A stretch of DNA of 64,000 nt from an uncultured delta proteobacterium (GTDB lineage Bacteria > Desulfobacterota > Binatia > UBA9968). Below, piece after piece: positions 53,902-63,680 of the stretch. Position 1 is the first letter of the stretch, and the number at the start of each line of letters is the position of its first letter. The translations under genes and the position numbers were made by a program. The notes under the pieces are model-generated. The model did no database searches, was not told the origin of the DNA, and saw nothing but the letters and a program-made list of their open reading frames with translations. The stretch spans positions 32,001 to 96,000 of the forward strand of contig CAVSLC010000002.1 in NCBI GenBank assembly GCA_963728565.1. The letters run 5' to 3'.

Positions 53902-55113
53902 ATGAATACTATCCAAAATCTCGCTTGGCCACTAATGAAGAATAATCTCGCCAAGGAGGATTTCGCCAAGGTTGTCGAGCTGCTGCATCAGCAGGACCCG
54001 ATCTTGACGCAATCGGATCACGTCAAGGAGTTTGAAAAAGAATGGTCGGCTTGGCTGGGTGTCAAACACAGCGTCTTTGTAAATTCCGGTTCCTCGGCAA
54101 ATCTCTTGACCATGTGCGCGCTTAAAGAGCGCTATGGCTCGGGAGAAATCATCGTGCCGCCGTTGACTTGGGTGTCCGATATTGCTTCGGTGATCCAGTC
54201 CGGGTTTAAACCGGTATTCGTCGACATCGATCGCCGCACGCTTGGAATGGACAACCAACAAATCCGCGAAAAAATTTCGCCCGATACCAAAGCCGTATTC
54301 ATGACTCACGTGTTAGGGTTCAACGCCTTGCAAAAGTCGCTTCTGGCCGAGCTTGAAGACCGTGGTATTCCGCTTGTGGAAGACGTTTGTGAATCACATG
54401 GAGCGACGTGCGAGGGGAAAAAACTGGGAACTTTCGGGCTGATGTCCAACTTCTCCTTCTACTATGCGCATCATATGAGCACCATCGAGGGTGGTATGAT
54501 TTGCACCAACAACTCCGATCTGTATGAAATCCTGCGCATGCTTCGTTCCCATGGTATGGTACGAGAGTCGACTTCGTCCGAGCTTAAGGAGAGTTTCTAT
54601 CGCAACTACCCGGATCTGAACCCCGACTTCATATTTGCATTCCCGGCATACAATGTTCGAAGCACGGAAATAAACGCTGTCATCGGCCGTTCTCAGCTCA
54701 AGCGGCTCGATGCCAACAACAGAATAAGATCGGAGAATTTAAACTTGTTTCTCGACCATCTAGACTCTGAGAAGTACCAGACCGATTTTGTCACGGCGGG
54801 AAGCTGCAATTATGCGTTCACGTTGGTGCTCAATCGCGCTGATCCGGTATTATGTGAAAACGTGATGCAAATGCTGCGGCGCTACAACGTAGAATTCCGC
54901 CGCGGCACCTCGGGCGGCGGAAATCAATTGCGGCAGCCTTATCTAAGAAGAATAATGGGCGAGCGCGAGTTTGAAAAGTATCCAAACGTCGATCATGTTC
55001 ATTTCTACGGCTTCTACATAGGTAATTATCCGGATCTCGAGCGAGAAAAGATCCTTCAGTTATGTTCTCTCTTGAACAGCGTCTCCGGTGAGGAAGCACG
55101 TTATGTCTCGTAA
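53902..55113 (+). CDS. DegT/DnrJ-fold PLP enzyme, ColD-like nucleotide-sugar 3-dehydratase
   Basis: VNSGSSANL, EDVCESHGA, SFYYAHHMSTIEGG (His at the usual Schiff-base Lys position), LRSHG. Confidence 0.85.
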   Translation: MNTIQNLAWPLMKNNLAKEDFAKVVELLHQQDPILTQSDHVKEFEKEWSAWLGVKHSVFVNSGSSANLLTMCALKERYGSGEIIVPPLTWVSDIASVIQSGFKPVFVDIDRRTLGMDNQQIREKISPDTKAVFMTHVLGFNALQKSLLAELEDRGIPLVEDVCESHGATCEGKKLGTFGLMSNFSFYYAHHMSTIEGGMICTNNSDLYEILRMLRSHGMVRESTSSELKESFYRNYPDLNPDFIFAFPAYNVRSTEINAVIGRSQLKRLDANNRIRSENLNLFLDHLDSEKYQTDFVTAGSCNYAFTLVLNRADPVLCENVMQMLRRYNVEFRRGTSGGGNQLRQPYLRRIMGEREFEKYPNVDHVHFYGFYIGNYPDLEREKILQLCSLLNSVSGEEARYVS

Positions 55114-56617
55114 TGGCCAGTTGGACCTGGTATTGGTTCACCCCGGAACCCGGATGCAGGTTTATCAATCCTTGGGATCGAAGCTGGCAGCGATCGAGCC
55201 TCCGGTATGGGCAAGCTTGTTGGCGACGTTTGTTCGTAAACACGGTTTTTCGGTTCAAATCGTCGATGCGGAAGCGGAGAATCTAACACCCGAAGAGACC
55301 GCAACGCGGATCGAAGAGATGGATCCTCGATTGGCGGTGATTGTCGTTTACGGCCATCAACCATCGGCCTCTACTCAAAACATGACGGTCTCAGGCTTGA
55401 TCTGCACTGCGCTTAAAGAACTCAACCCGAATCGCAAATTAGCGCTGGTGGGCGGGCATGTCGCGGCGCTTCCGGAACGTACGTTACGGGAGGAAGCGGC
55501 GGATTTCGTATGCACCGGAGAAGGACCCTATACTCTCGTCGATTTGTTGCAGGCGGCAAACTCTACATCACCGGATTATTCGAAGGTGCGGGGAATCTGC
55601 TACTGGAAAGACGGCCTTGTCGCGTCCACACCCGCAGCTCCACTGGTCAAAAATCTAGATGAAGAAATCCCGGAACTCGCATGGGATCTTTTGCCTATGG
55701 ACAAGTACCGAGCGCACAACTGGCACTGCTTCGGAGATCTTCAACGAGAGCCCTATGCATCGTTTTACACAACCTTCGGCTGTCCTTTTCATTGCAGCTT
55801 CTGCTGTATTCAAGCGCCGTTTAAGACCGGAGAAAAGGAAGCGGGATGGAAGGAAAGCGTCAATAGTTATCGCTTCTGGAGCGCTCAAGCGGTAATCGCG
55901 CAAATCGATAAGCTGGTCAACCAGTATGGCATTCGCAACATAAAAATAGCCGACGAGATGTTCGTTCTGAATTCGCGTCACATACTTGGGATATGCGATG
56001 CGATTATCGAACGCGGCTACGACCTGAATATCTGGGCTTACGCGCGTGTCGACACGGTCAAGGACGGCATGCTGGAAAAGCTTAAACGCGCAGGCTTCAA
56101 CTGGCTGGCGTTTGGCATCGAGGCGGCTAGCGATCGGGTGCGTGATGATGTAGATAAAGGGTTTGATCAAGAGGTGATCTTTCGCACTTTGGAGAACGTG
56201 AGAGCAGCCGATGTTAACGTGATCGCCAACTATATTTTTGGTCTTCCGGAAGATGATCTGGAGAGCATGGAATCGACGCTTGATTTGGCTCTCGAACTCA
56301 ACTGTGAATTCGCGAACTTCTATTCCGCCATGGCCTATCCTGGATCCCAGTTATACAACCTGGCGATGAGAGAAGGTTGGCCGCTCCCAGAGAAGTGGTC
56401 CGGCTATTCGCAGCATGCCATCGACACCTTGCCCTTGCCCACGAAGTACCTGTCAGGCGCGGAGGTGCTGAAATTTCGTGATGAGGCTTTTCACCGTTAT
56501 TTCAGCAGTCCACAGTATTTGCGCATGATAGAGGGCAAATACGGTTCGCTTACGGCTGAGCACATCCGCGAAATGGCGTCACAACGGTTAGTCAGAAGAG
56601 TCCTGGCTGCAGCCTGA
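55103..56617 (+). CDS. cobalamin-binding radical SAM protein
   Basis: N-terminal B12-binding domain (EPP, VGGH, GEG), CPFHCSFC, ADEMF, YARVD, FGIE, YIFGLP, YPGS. Confidence 0.93.
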   Translation: MSRNGQLDLVLVHPGTRMQVYQSLGSKLAAIEPPVWASLLATFVRKHGFSVQIVDAEAENLTPEETATRIEEMDPRLAVIVVYGHQPSASTQNMTVSGLICTALKELNPNRKLALVGGHVAALPERTLREEAADFVCTGEGPYTLVDLLQAANSTSPDYSKVRGICYWKDGLVASTPAAPLVKNLDEEIPELAWDLLPMDKYRAHNWHCFGDLQREPYASFYTTFGCPFHCSFCCIQAPFKTGEKEAGWKESVNSYRFWSAQAVIAQIDKLVNQYGIRNIKIADEMFVLNSRHILGICDAIIERGYDLNIWAYARVDTVKDGMLEKLKRAGFNWLAFGIEAASDRVRDDVDKGFDQEVIFRTLENVRAADVNVIANYIFGLPEDDLESMESTLDLALELNCEFANFYSAMAYPGSQLYNLAMREGWPLPEKWSGYSQHAIDTLPLPTKYLSGAEVLKFRDEAFHRYFSSPQYLRMIEGKYGSLTAEHIREMASQRLVRRVLAAA

Positions 56618-56628
56618 ACGCTTGGTGC

Positions 56629-57264
56629 GTGCGACGCGATTCTGTGCGAAAGCGACGATCTGCTGATCCGACGGGTGCGAAATCTCAGCAGCCGGAGCAA
56701 AAAAAGCGAAAACTTGTCTGCGAGAACAGCCAGTTCAATATCTTCTTTGACGAACTGACTTCCCAAGGCCGCACGACCATCACAGATTATCTGGTGGTTG
56801 CGCCAAAACGTGTCGCCTCTAATCTTGTCACCGGAGTGGCGATTCTGCCGATCGTTGACGGCAAAATCGGCCTAATTCGCATTTACCGTCATCCCATTGG
56901 GCAATACTCATGGGAGATTCCGCGAGGTTTTATCGATCGGCAAGAGGTGTCTGCGAGCGCAGCGGGTCGAGAACTAAAGGAAGAGACGGGACTCGATTGC
57001 AAGCCCGAAGCGATTCGATCGTTGGGCTTTATTACTCCGGATGGGGGAATTTTGGCGGCCAGAGTGCAGCTGTTTGCGGCGATGAATTGTGTAAAGGAAC
57101 GGGAGTATGCACCCGCGGAAATCGGTCATCGAGAGCTCCGATTCTTCGATATTCAACAAGTGGAAGAAATGATTTTTCGTGCTGAGGTGCAGGATCCGTC
57201 AACAGTCATAGCATTCTTTATGTACCGTCGATTTGAGAAACAGGTTCTGGACGGCCCAGTGTGA
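56629..57264 (+). CDS. Nudix hydrolase (ADP-ribose/NDP-sugar pyrophosphatase-like)
   Basis: complete Nudix box GFIDRQEVSASAAGRELKEETGL. Confidence 0.92.
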   Translation: MRRDSVRKRRSADPTGAKSQQPEQKKRKLVCENSQFNIFFDELTSQGRTTITDYLVVAPKRVASNLVTGVAILPIVDGKIGLIRIYRHPIGQYSWEIPRGFIDRQEVSASAAGRELKEETGLDCKPEAIRSLGFITPDGGILAARVQLFAAMNCVKEREYAPAEIGHRELRFFDIQQVEEMIFRAEVQDPSTVIAFFMYRRFEKQVLDGPV

Positions 57265-57962
57265 AAGTGACTCTGCTAGTTCTGGCGCTGAATGAAATCG
57301 ACGGTATGAAGGCGATCATGCCGCGGGTAAAAAGAGAGTGGTATGACCAGATCATCATTTTAGACGGCGGCTCCACCGATGGAACCATCGAGTATGCTAA
57401 AGAACAGGGATATTTCGTCTACGTCCAGAAAAGGCGCGGATTTCGCCACGCCTATACCGAAGTACTGCCATATATTGAAGGGGAGGTGATCGTGACCTTC
57501 AGCCCCGACGGCAACTCGGTTCCGGAGCGTATTCCTGCATTGATCGAGAAAATGAAAGAAGGATACGACATGGTGATTGGCTCCCGTTACCTGGACGGGG
57601 CCAAGAGTGATGATGATGACGTGATTACGGCTTTCGGCAATTGGCTGTTTACCAAAACGATCAACGTCCTGCATGGCGGATGCTATACCGATTCGATGGT
57701 GATCTTCCGCGCTTACAAAACTCAATTGATCTACGATCTGGAACTCCACACCGATGAGCCCTACGCCACCGCTGAGAAGCTTTTCCATACGACGATCAGT
57801 TGGGAGCCATTACTGTCAGTCAGGGCGGCTAAGAGAAATCTAAAGATAGCCGAAATCCCGGCCGACGAGCCACCACGCGTAGGTGGAACGAGGAAGCTCC
57901 AGGTGCTGAGATGGGGTGGAGCGTATTATTATCAGTTCATTCGAGAAAAGTTTTATTGGTAG
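57261..57962 (+). CDS. glycosyltransferase family 2, Dpm1-like
   Basis: ALNE, DGGSTDGT, SPDG, DMVIGSRY, YTD; no TM segments. Confidence 0.92.
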   Translation: MKVTLLVLALNEIDGMKAIMPRVKREWYDQIIILDGGSTDGTIEYAKEQGYFVYVQKRRGFRHAYTEVLPYIEGEVIVTFSPDGNSVPERIPALIEKMKEGYDMVIGSRYLDGAKSDDDDVITAFGNWLFTKTINVLHGGCYTDSMVIFRAYKTQLIYDLELHTDEPYATAEKLFHTTISWEPLLSVRAAKRNLKIAEIPADEPPRVGGTRKLQVLRWGGAYYYQFIREKFYW

Positions 57963-58058
57963 TAAGAAATATGAGCGCAACCAGCTAAGGCAGCTTCAGG
58001 GTGGCACGGTAACTTCACTTAGAGAAAAGACCCATTCATATAACGTACAGGTGTGCCA

Positions 58059-59057
58059 ATGACGATTTCGAGAGTTTTGATTACCGGTATAGCCGGATCA
58101 GCTGGGAGTTATTTAGCTGAGTATATCGGCGAGCATCAACCACAAGTTGAGATTCACGGCCTAGCAGGTTTTCGAACTCCGAGAGAAAATCTAGAAGGGG
58201 TAAAGGATAAAGTCTGTGTTCACGATGGAGACCTTATGGAGTTTCCTTCGCTTGTTGCGATCTTAGAAAAAGTGAAGCCCGACGGGATATTCCATCTCGC
58301 AGCTTACGCGAACGTTCGCGCATCTTTTACCGCGCCTTCAACTATCTTACGGAACAACATTCTCGGTACCTGCAACCTTTTTGAAGCAATTAAAATGTCG
58401 AGGCAAAACCCACTGATCCAGCTATGCAGCACATCGGAAGTCTACGGACAGGTGGAGGCGAAAGACATTCCCATCAAAGAAGATGCCCCGTTTCGGCCTG
58501 CAAGTCCGTACGCCGTCTCCAAGGTCGCTCAGGATATGTTGGGATGGACGTACTTCTCTGCTTATAAGATGCAGATCGTTCGTACCCGAATGTTTGCCTA
58601 TATCAATCCTCGCCGTCCTGACCTTTTTGCTACATCATTCGCAAAACAAATCGCCTGGATCGAACGGGGGCTCCAAACTGAGTTGCTGCACGGCAATCTT
58701 GATTCGGTTCGCACATTTCTGGATGTGAAAGATGCGATGCGCGCCTATTGGTTAGCTTTGGTTCACTGTGATCCTGGTGAGGTTTATAACATCGGCAGCA
58801 CGAATGTTTCGACCGTGGGGGAGGTCCTGGAACGGCTGATCGAGCTGAGCACAGTCCCTATACCCAGGCGATTGCTGCCGGAACTTCTCCGGCCCGCAGA
58901 TGTAACTTTACAAGTTCCCTGCATCGAAAAATTTGTTGCTGCGACTGGTTGGAAATCCGAATATGACTTCGATGAAAGCTTGCGGCACCTTATGGCTTAT
59001 TGGCGGAAACAAGCAGCGAAGACTGTCATGTCGTACTCTGAATCGATAGAATCGTAA
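58059..59057 (+). CDS. GDP-sugar 4,6-dehydratase (Gmd/DmhA-like)
   Basis: ITGIAGSAGSYLAE, FHLAA, STSEVYG, SPYAVSK, GNLDSVR, RPAD. Confidence 0.88.
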   Translation: MTISRVLITGIAGSAGSYLAEYIGEHQPQVEIHGLAGFRTPRENLEGVKDKVCVHDGDLMEFPSLVAILEKVKPDGIFHLAAYANVRASFTAPSTILRNNILGTCNLFEAIKMSRQNPLIQLCSTSEVYGQVEAKDIPIKEDAPFRPASPYAVSKVAQDMLGWTYFSAYKMQIVRTRMFAYINPRRPDLFATSFAKQIAWIERGLQTELLHGNLDSVRTFLDVKDAMRAYWLALVHCDPGEVYNIGSTNVSTVGEVLERLIELSTVPIPRRLLPELLRPADVTLQVPCIEKFVAATGWKSEYDFDESLRHLMAYWRKQAAKTVMSYSESIES

Positions 59058-59272
59058 GCTCCTTTGACAAAAGCGGAATTCTGCCAGCCCCACGCTACTT
59101 CATATCTTTTCGGATCAATCCTGCCTTAGATTTTGACCTATTCACGGGTTGCGATAACGATCATCGCAAATGTTTGCGCCAGAGCGAACTTCGATCAACT
59201 CCATTGCGATCGTTATATGATTCAAATGGATCCGGATGAACCTGAGCAGTTGAAAGACCAAAACCGGAAGGT

Positions 59273-61645
59273 ATGGACTTTATGAGTTTTGGCTTGCGTC
59301 AATCTATGATTTTACTGTCCGTTTGGATCGCGGTCAGTACTGGCTTTTTCTTTTGGCGTTTACCGGTCGCGTTGATCTGGTGCGATACTGTAGTAGTCAG
59401 TAACAACTTGTACGAGGAACCAAATCCAATAATGTGGCGAAATCCAGGTACACTTACATGGATCCTTCACCACTCTTTTTACGACGTCGGATCGGACGGA
59501 TACCGACCATTGAGTAGGGTTATTTTTTGGGCTGGTACAGCATTTTTTAGCGACTTAGACAGCAATTCTACTCTGTACTTTGCGATCGTGGGTATGCTGT
59601 TTGGTACACTAGCTGTATGTTTTTTCTTGGTCGCTCGTCGTTTTCTGCTTTCCGAAACAGCGGCACTGTTCGCTGTGCTCCTTTTCTTGTTCTCTACTCC
59701 TATCGTCACCGGTGCGTGGAACGTCATTTGTGGAATACAGGCGCTTGTTCCGCTGATGATATGCTTAGGACTGTTGTGTTATTGGAGGGTTGCAGAGTCG
59801 TCGAACTACAAAAGCCGGTACATGGCAGGACTTTGCGCAATCTTGTTTATAGGGCCATGGTTCCGTGAATTCATCGGACTTCTCCCATTGCTCATCATCT
59901 TTCTTGAAGCGCAAAGAGTACGGCGGCCAACAATTATCACGATTGTCGCCGGTTTGTTTTTTATCCACTCTATCTTTCCAGCTGCCATCGTAAAGTTGAC
60001 GGTCTATCCAGATCTGCCAGTTTACCCGGTATTTGCCATGGGTCATTTGGGTCACCAAGTCGCCGCTAGTATAGCTGATGACAGGGTGTTTTCAATTTCG
60101 CGAGTTTTTTCGGAGTTAAAATGGGAAACCGTTTATCATTTTTTGACTCTCTATCCATCCTTACTATTTATCCTCTCATTGATCGCCTTTTTACTTCCGA
60201 CTATGCGGCTAGTGCCTACTCTGATTTCCTTCTGGGTACACATTTCTACCGGACATCGCAGGTTCATTTCCTTTTCGTCAGTAATAGGAATGCTCCCATC
60301 GCTCCTGTTCCTTCTGGCCGGCATCTGCGGTTACTTTGTGACCGTTAGCCAGGAGTGGCTTCTTCTTTGGATTTTCGCCGGATTTGCGTCTTTCGCTGTC
60401 TACCGAAACGTTTTTGTCGCTTTTTGGTTTTTGTTGTTTCTGATGCCTTTTCTCAGAATCTTCACCGAGCAGGTGCACTTGGCCTACGCACTATTACCAG
60501 CCTCAATCATCATCGCCGCTGCTGTCGAAGAATTGTGGCGGTCTGTTCAATATCGTGGGTTTTGGTTCACAACCGCTCGCTACATGCTGTGTTCAGTAGT
60601 GGCGCTGGCCACCGCCGATCATTTGCTCAATCCGTATAATAGTTACCGCGTCGTACAGTCGATCAATAATGGAATCGTGGAAATGGCGGGTTGGTTTAGA
60701 TCAAAAGTACCCGCTGGATCGATTGTGATTACTAATGTTTTACATGGCGAAGACATTCGATTCTTCTCCAACAACCACATAAAAGTGTTTTGGACGGTCC
60801 GTGCGGGCATTCCTCGTGATAAAGATGCAGTGGATGAACCGAGCACGTTGGAACAGCTGCTCCAAGAGAATTACGCTAAGACGGAGGTCTATTTTCTAGA
60901 CGTCGACTTCGACTATGCTTTAGAAAAGGTCGATTATCATTCCCATAAATATGTGCGAAATCGGAGTGTAGACATGAGTGAAATTGGTCGCGTTCATACA
61001 ACGCAGGTTCGTTATCCCTTCATTGATCCTCTAAAAAATTGGGTTCCTAGAGCCTATGTCGCTTTCTTGGGTGCTCCCGATTTGGAGAATGATTTTTATC
61101 GGGGACCCGCCCAAAATGGTGCTCGTTTCATGCGCGAGGTCTATGCGGAATACTACCTCTATAAAGTGTCCAGCACTAACGTTTACACGTTGAACCCCAC
61201 CGGAACGCCTCGACTCCTTCAAGAAGATTATCGTGGATTCAATATTCTTGGTCTGAATGGCCGGTTCTTTGCGATTCCGAAGTCCGAAGGTGCTTTTGAG
61301 CTGCAAAAAATAGAGGACAAATTTTACTCCAAGAGTTTTGTGGCAGACAAATACGACGAGATTCTCCGCCACATCGACGCCACTCTGCCTGGGGAGGGCG
61401 AGCCGATGCGCTTTGATGTATGCGCTTCCTCATCCCTGCGCCAGATCAAAGCGGCTACTCTGATCGAAGAGGGATACCGCCGGTACAACATAGTTGGATA
61501 CGAAGGCCGGCTTTATGCAATTCCTCAGGGCGAAGGTAGTTTTGAGATAGCGCGAATTCGAACAGGCGATTACAGCCGCTGGTTTACTGGGTGTTCACTA
61601 GAATCTGTGAAACAACAGCTGGACCAATCTCTGAATCGTAAGTGA
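59273..61645 (+). CDS. multi-TM membrane protein, GT-C-like, with two C-terminal 57 aa repeats
   Basis: 790 aa; N-terminal TM then loop with YRPL, many TM helices, soluble C-terminal region with tandem repeat. Confidence 0.7.
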   Translation: MDFMSFGLRQSMILLSVWIAVSTGFFFWRLPVALIWCDTVVVSNNLYEEPNPIMWRNPGTLTWILHHSFYDVGSDGYRPLSRVIFWAGTAFFSDLDSNSTLYFAIVGMLFGTLAVCFFLVARRFLLSETAALFAVLLFLFSTPIVTGAWNVICGIQALVPLMICLGLLCYWRVAESSNYKSRYMAGLCAILFIGPWFREFIGLLPLLIIFLEAQRVRRPTIITIVAGLFFIHSIFPAAIVKLTVYPDLPVYPVFAMGHLGHQVAASIADDRVFSISRVFSELKWETVYHFLTLYPSLLFILSLIAFLLPTMRLVPTLISFWVHISTGHRRFISFSSVIGMLPSLLFLLAGICGYFVTVSQEWLLLWIFAGFASFAVYRNVFVAFWFLLFLMPFLRIFTEQVHLAYALLPASIIIAAAVEELWRSVQYRGFWFTTARYMLCSVVALATADHLLNPYNSYRVVQSINNGIVEMAGWFRSKVPAGSIVITNVLHGEDIRFFSNNHIKVFWTVRAGIPRDKDAVDEPSTLEQLLQENYAKTEVYFLDVDFDYALEKVDYHSHKYVRNRSVDMSEIGRVHTTQVRYPFIDPLKNWVPRAYVAFLGAPDLENDFYRGPAQNGARFMREVYAEYYLYKVSSTNVYTLNPTGTPRLLQEDYRGFNILGLNGRFFAIPKSEGAFELQKIEDKFYSKSFVADKYDEILRHIDATLPGEGEPMRFDVCASSSLRQIKAATLIEEGYRRYNIVGYEGRLYAIPQGEGSFEIARIRTGDYSRWFTGCSLESVKQQLDQSLNRK

Positions 61646-63662
61646 GCGATCAGGTGGTCACAAGTCTGCCGTCAGGTTTTGAGATGCCTTATAAGCCCAA
61701 TGAAAACTCTTTAAACATGAAAGACGTATTCGTCATCTGCGCGCTGATTCTTTACTTCGCCTGTTTGCTAACTTTCTCGAGCTTCTTCTACCTTGCCACT
61801 GAAGATTATGAAGCGATAGCTGCCGTGGATTTTATCATGCAGGGCCGTCTTATTGGGGAGCCTACCGGCTGGCCCTATACTCCGCTCGCAGGCTACTTAT
61901 TTTATTTACACTCCATCGCTTTCGGCGAAAGTTTGTTGGGGTTTCGACTGCTAACAGGTTTTTTGCTTCTGACATCCGTGGTTCCTCTTTACCTTACCAT
62001 TCGCGCTTTGGCTGATCCCTCTATGGCTTTGGCGTTAACACTTTTGTCATTTTCGCTAAGCACTTTCCCGCATCCGCGGCTCGAGTATTTCATCGAAGGA
62101 GCTATCGCCTCGTTTGCGATCTATTTGGGCGTAAAGCACGTACAAACGAACCGAAAAGTATATGTTTACGGATGTGCTGTTTTCGCGGTTGTCGCTTTTG
62201 CATCAAGAGGGTCATCCCAATAGTTCAGCGCTGCTTCTCCTTTTGCCGATCGGCTTGGTCTCCGTACCTTGGATTATCGAGGGCAAACAGTCCTGGAAAG
62301 CAGCAATTACCCGGCTGGCGAGTCGAGGCCGCTTCTGGGTGACACAGATGCGGTCGAACATCTACGCCTCTATTTGCATGGGCCTTTTGACGATCGCGAG
62401 CTTCGTATGGATTTCACAATTTCTCAGAGAAATCGTGTACAGGCGTTTGTTCGTTGAGTACACTGATTTGAACGATCTAAGTTCCACCTGGATGAAATCG
62501 AATAGCGGTGGCTGGTCATGGACACTGCTACTTCTCCTGGCAAGCATTTATGTTGCAATTCGTTGGAAGGGCAAAATAAAACAATCTGTGGTGTTGGTCT
62601 TACGCAGATCGGTAAGGACATTCGTTCCGTTTTTTATCGTTGGCGGCTTCGATTCTCATCATTGCGATTTGGGCCGGTTACTCTTTCACTGATCTGATGT
62701 TTTTTATTTTTCCCACAGACATTATCGCAGACCATAAAGCGGTGGGAAGAATTGGCGCCCGAGCAAGAGGCGTGCTTCCGGTATTTTTAATTGTTACTGC
62801 AGCGACATTGTATTGTTACCTCAACGATCGAATGCGGGCGGACAAAGCCACGATCAGTCTGTTTCTTCTGTTATTAGTTCCGGCGACTTTCGCCCGATTC
62901 TTTCCGACTTATAACATGCTCTACCTCGGGGTATTTCCTGTGGCGGTGTTCCTAGCTTGTGTATTGCCGTGCGTTCTAGCACAGAACCAGACATTTTGTC
63001 GGCGCCTCAACGCGACGATGATAGTTTTCTTTATTATTTACTCTTTAGCGTCGAACTATCTTCTCTTCATAAGAACACAAGTCGCAGACCTCAATGATGA
63101 CCGTTTAATAAGGCTCGAAACCGGGCCTTTAGCGGGCATTTTCGTCGAAAGAGACGTATTTAAGCTCTTCGAGGACGTTCGAGCACGCTTGAATTTGCAC
63201 GGGGATGCTAAGCACGAAACATATGCTTTTCTCTCCTCCCGTTACGTTAAGTTTATTCCATTAGTGTATGGATGGAGGGATCCACTGGCCGGTCAGAATT
63301 TGATGATTCAATTAGGAAAAATATGGTCCTACGATGATTTGATCAAAATCAAGGGGGTGGAATCAGACAACATTTTCGATTGGGCGGGTTTAATTTATCG
63401 CTGGCGCGAAACGGCTGTGGTTCGCTTGGAGGAGTCGCAAGTAAGGCTAATTGTAATGAGCCTATATGACGAAACCGTTCTTGAAGAAGTGTTGGAACCT
63501 TCAGCGGATCCATTGAGGGAATACCTGCGGTTAAATTTTAGCATCAGCGACGCCATCGAACCGACGATGACTGCCTACAGGCGGTCGAGTTTTCCAGAGG
63601 GAGCGGTCATTCTAATACGCAACACTCACCAGCCAGATCTTCCTACGGATCGGGCGCAATAA
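61642..63662 (+). CDS. multi-TM membrane protein, GT-C (ArnT/PMT)-like, split by two frameshifts (~62213, ~62635)
   Basis: TM1 followed by ATEDY acidic loop, YTPLAGY..FGESLLGFRLL; three consecutive overlapping ORFs read as one protein. Confidence 0.65.
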
Positions 63663-63680
63663 GCGCCCGGTTGCTTGTAC

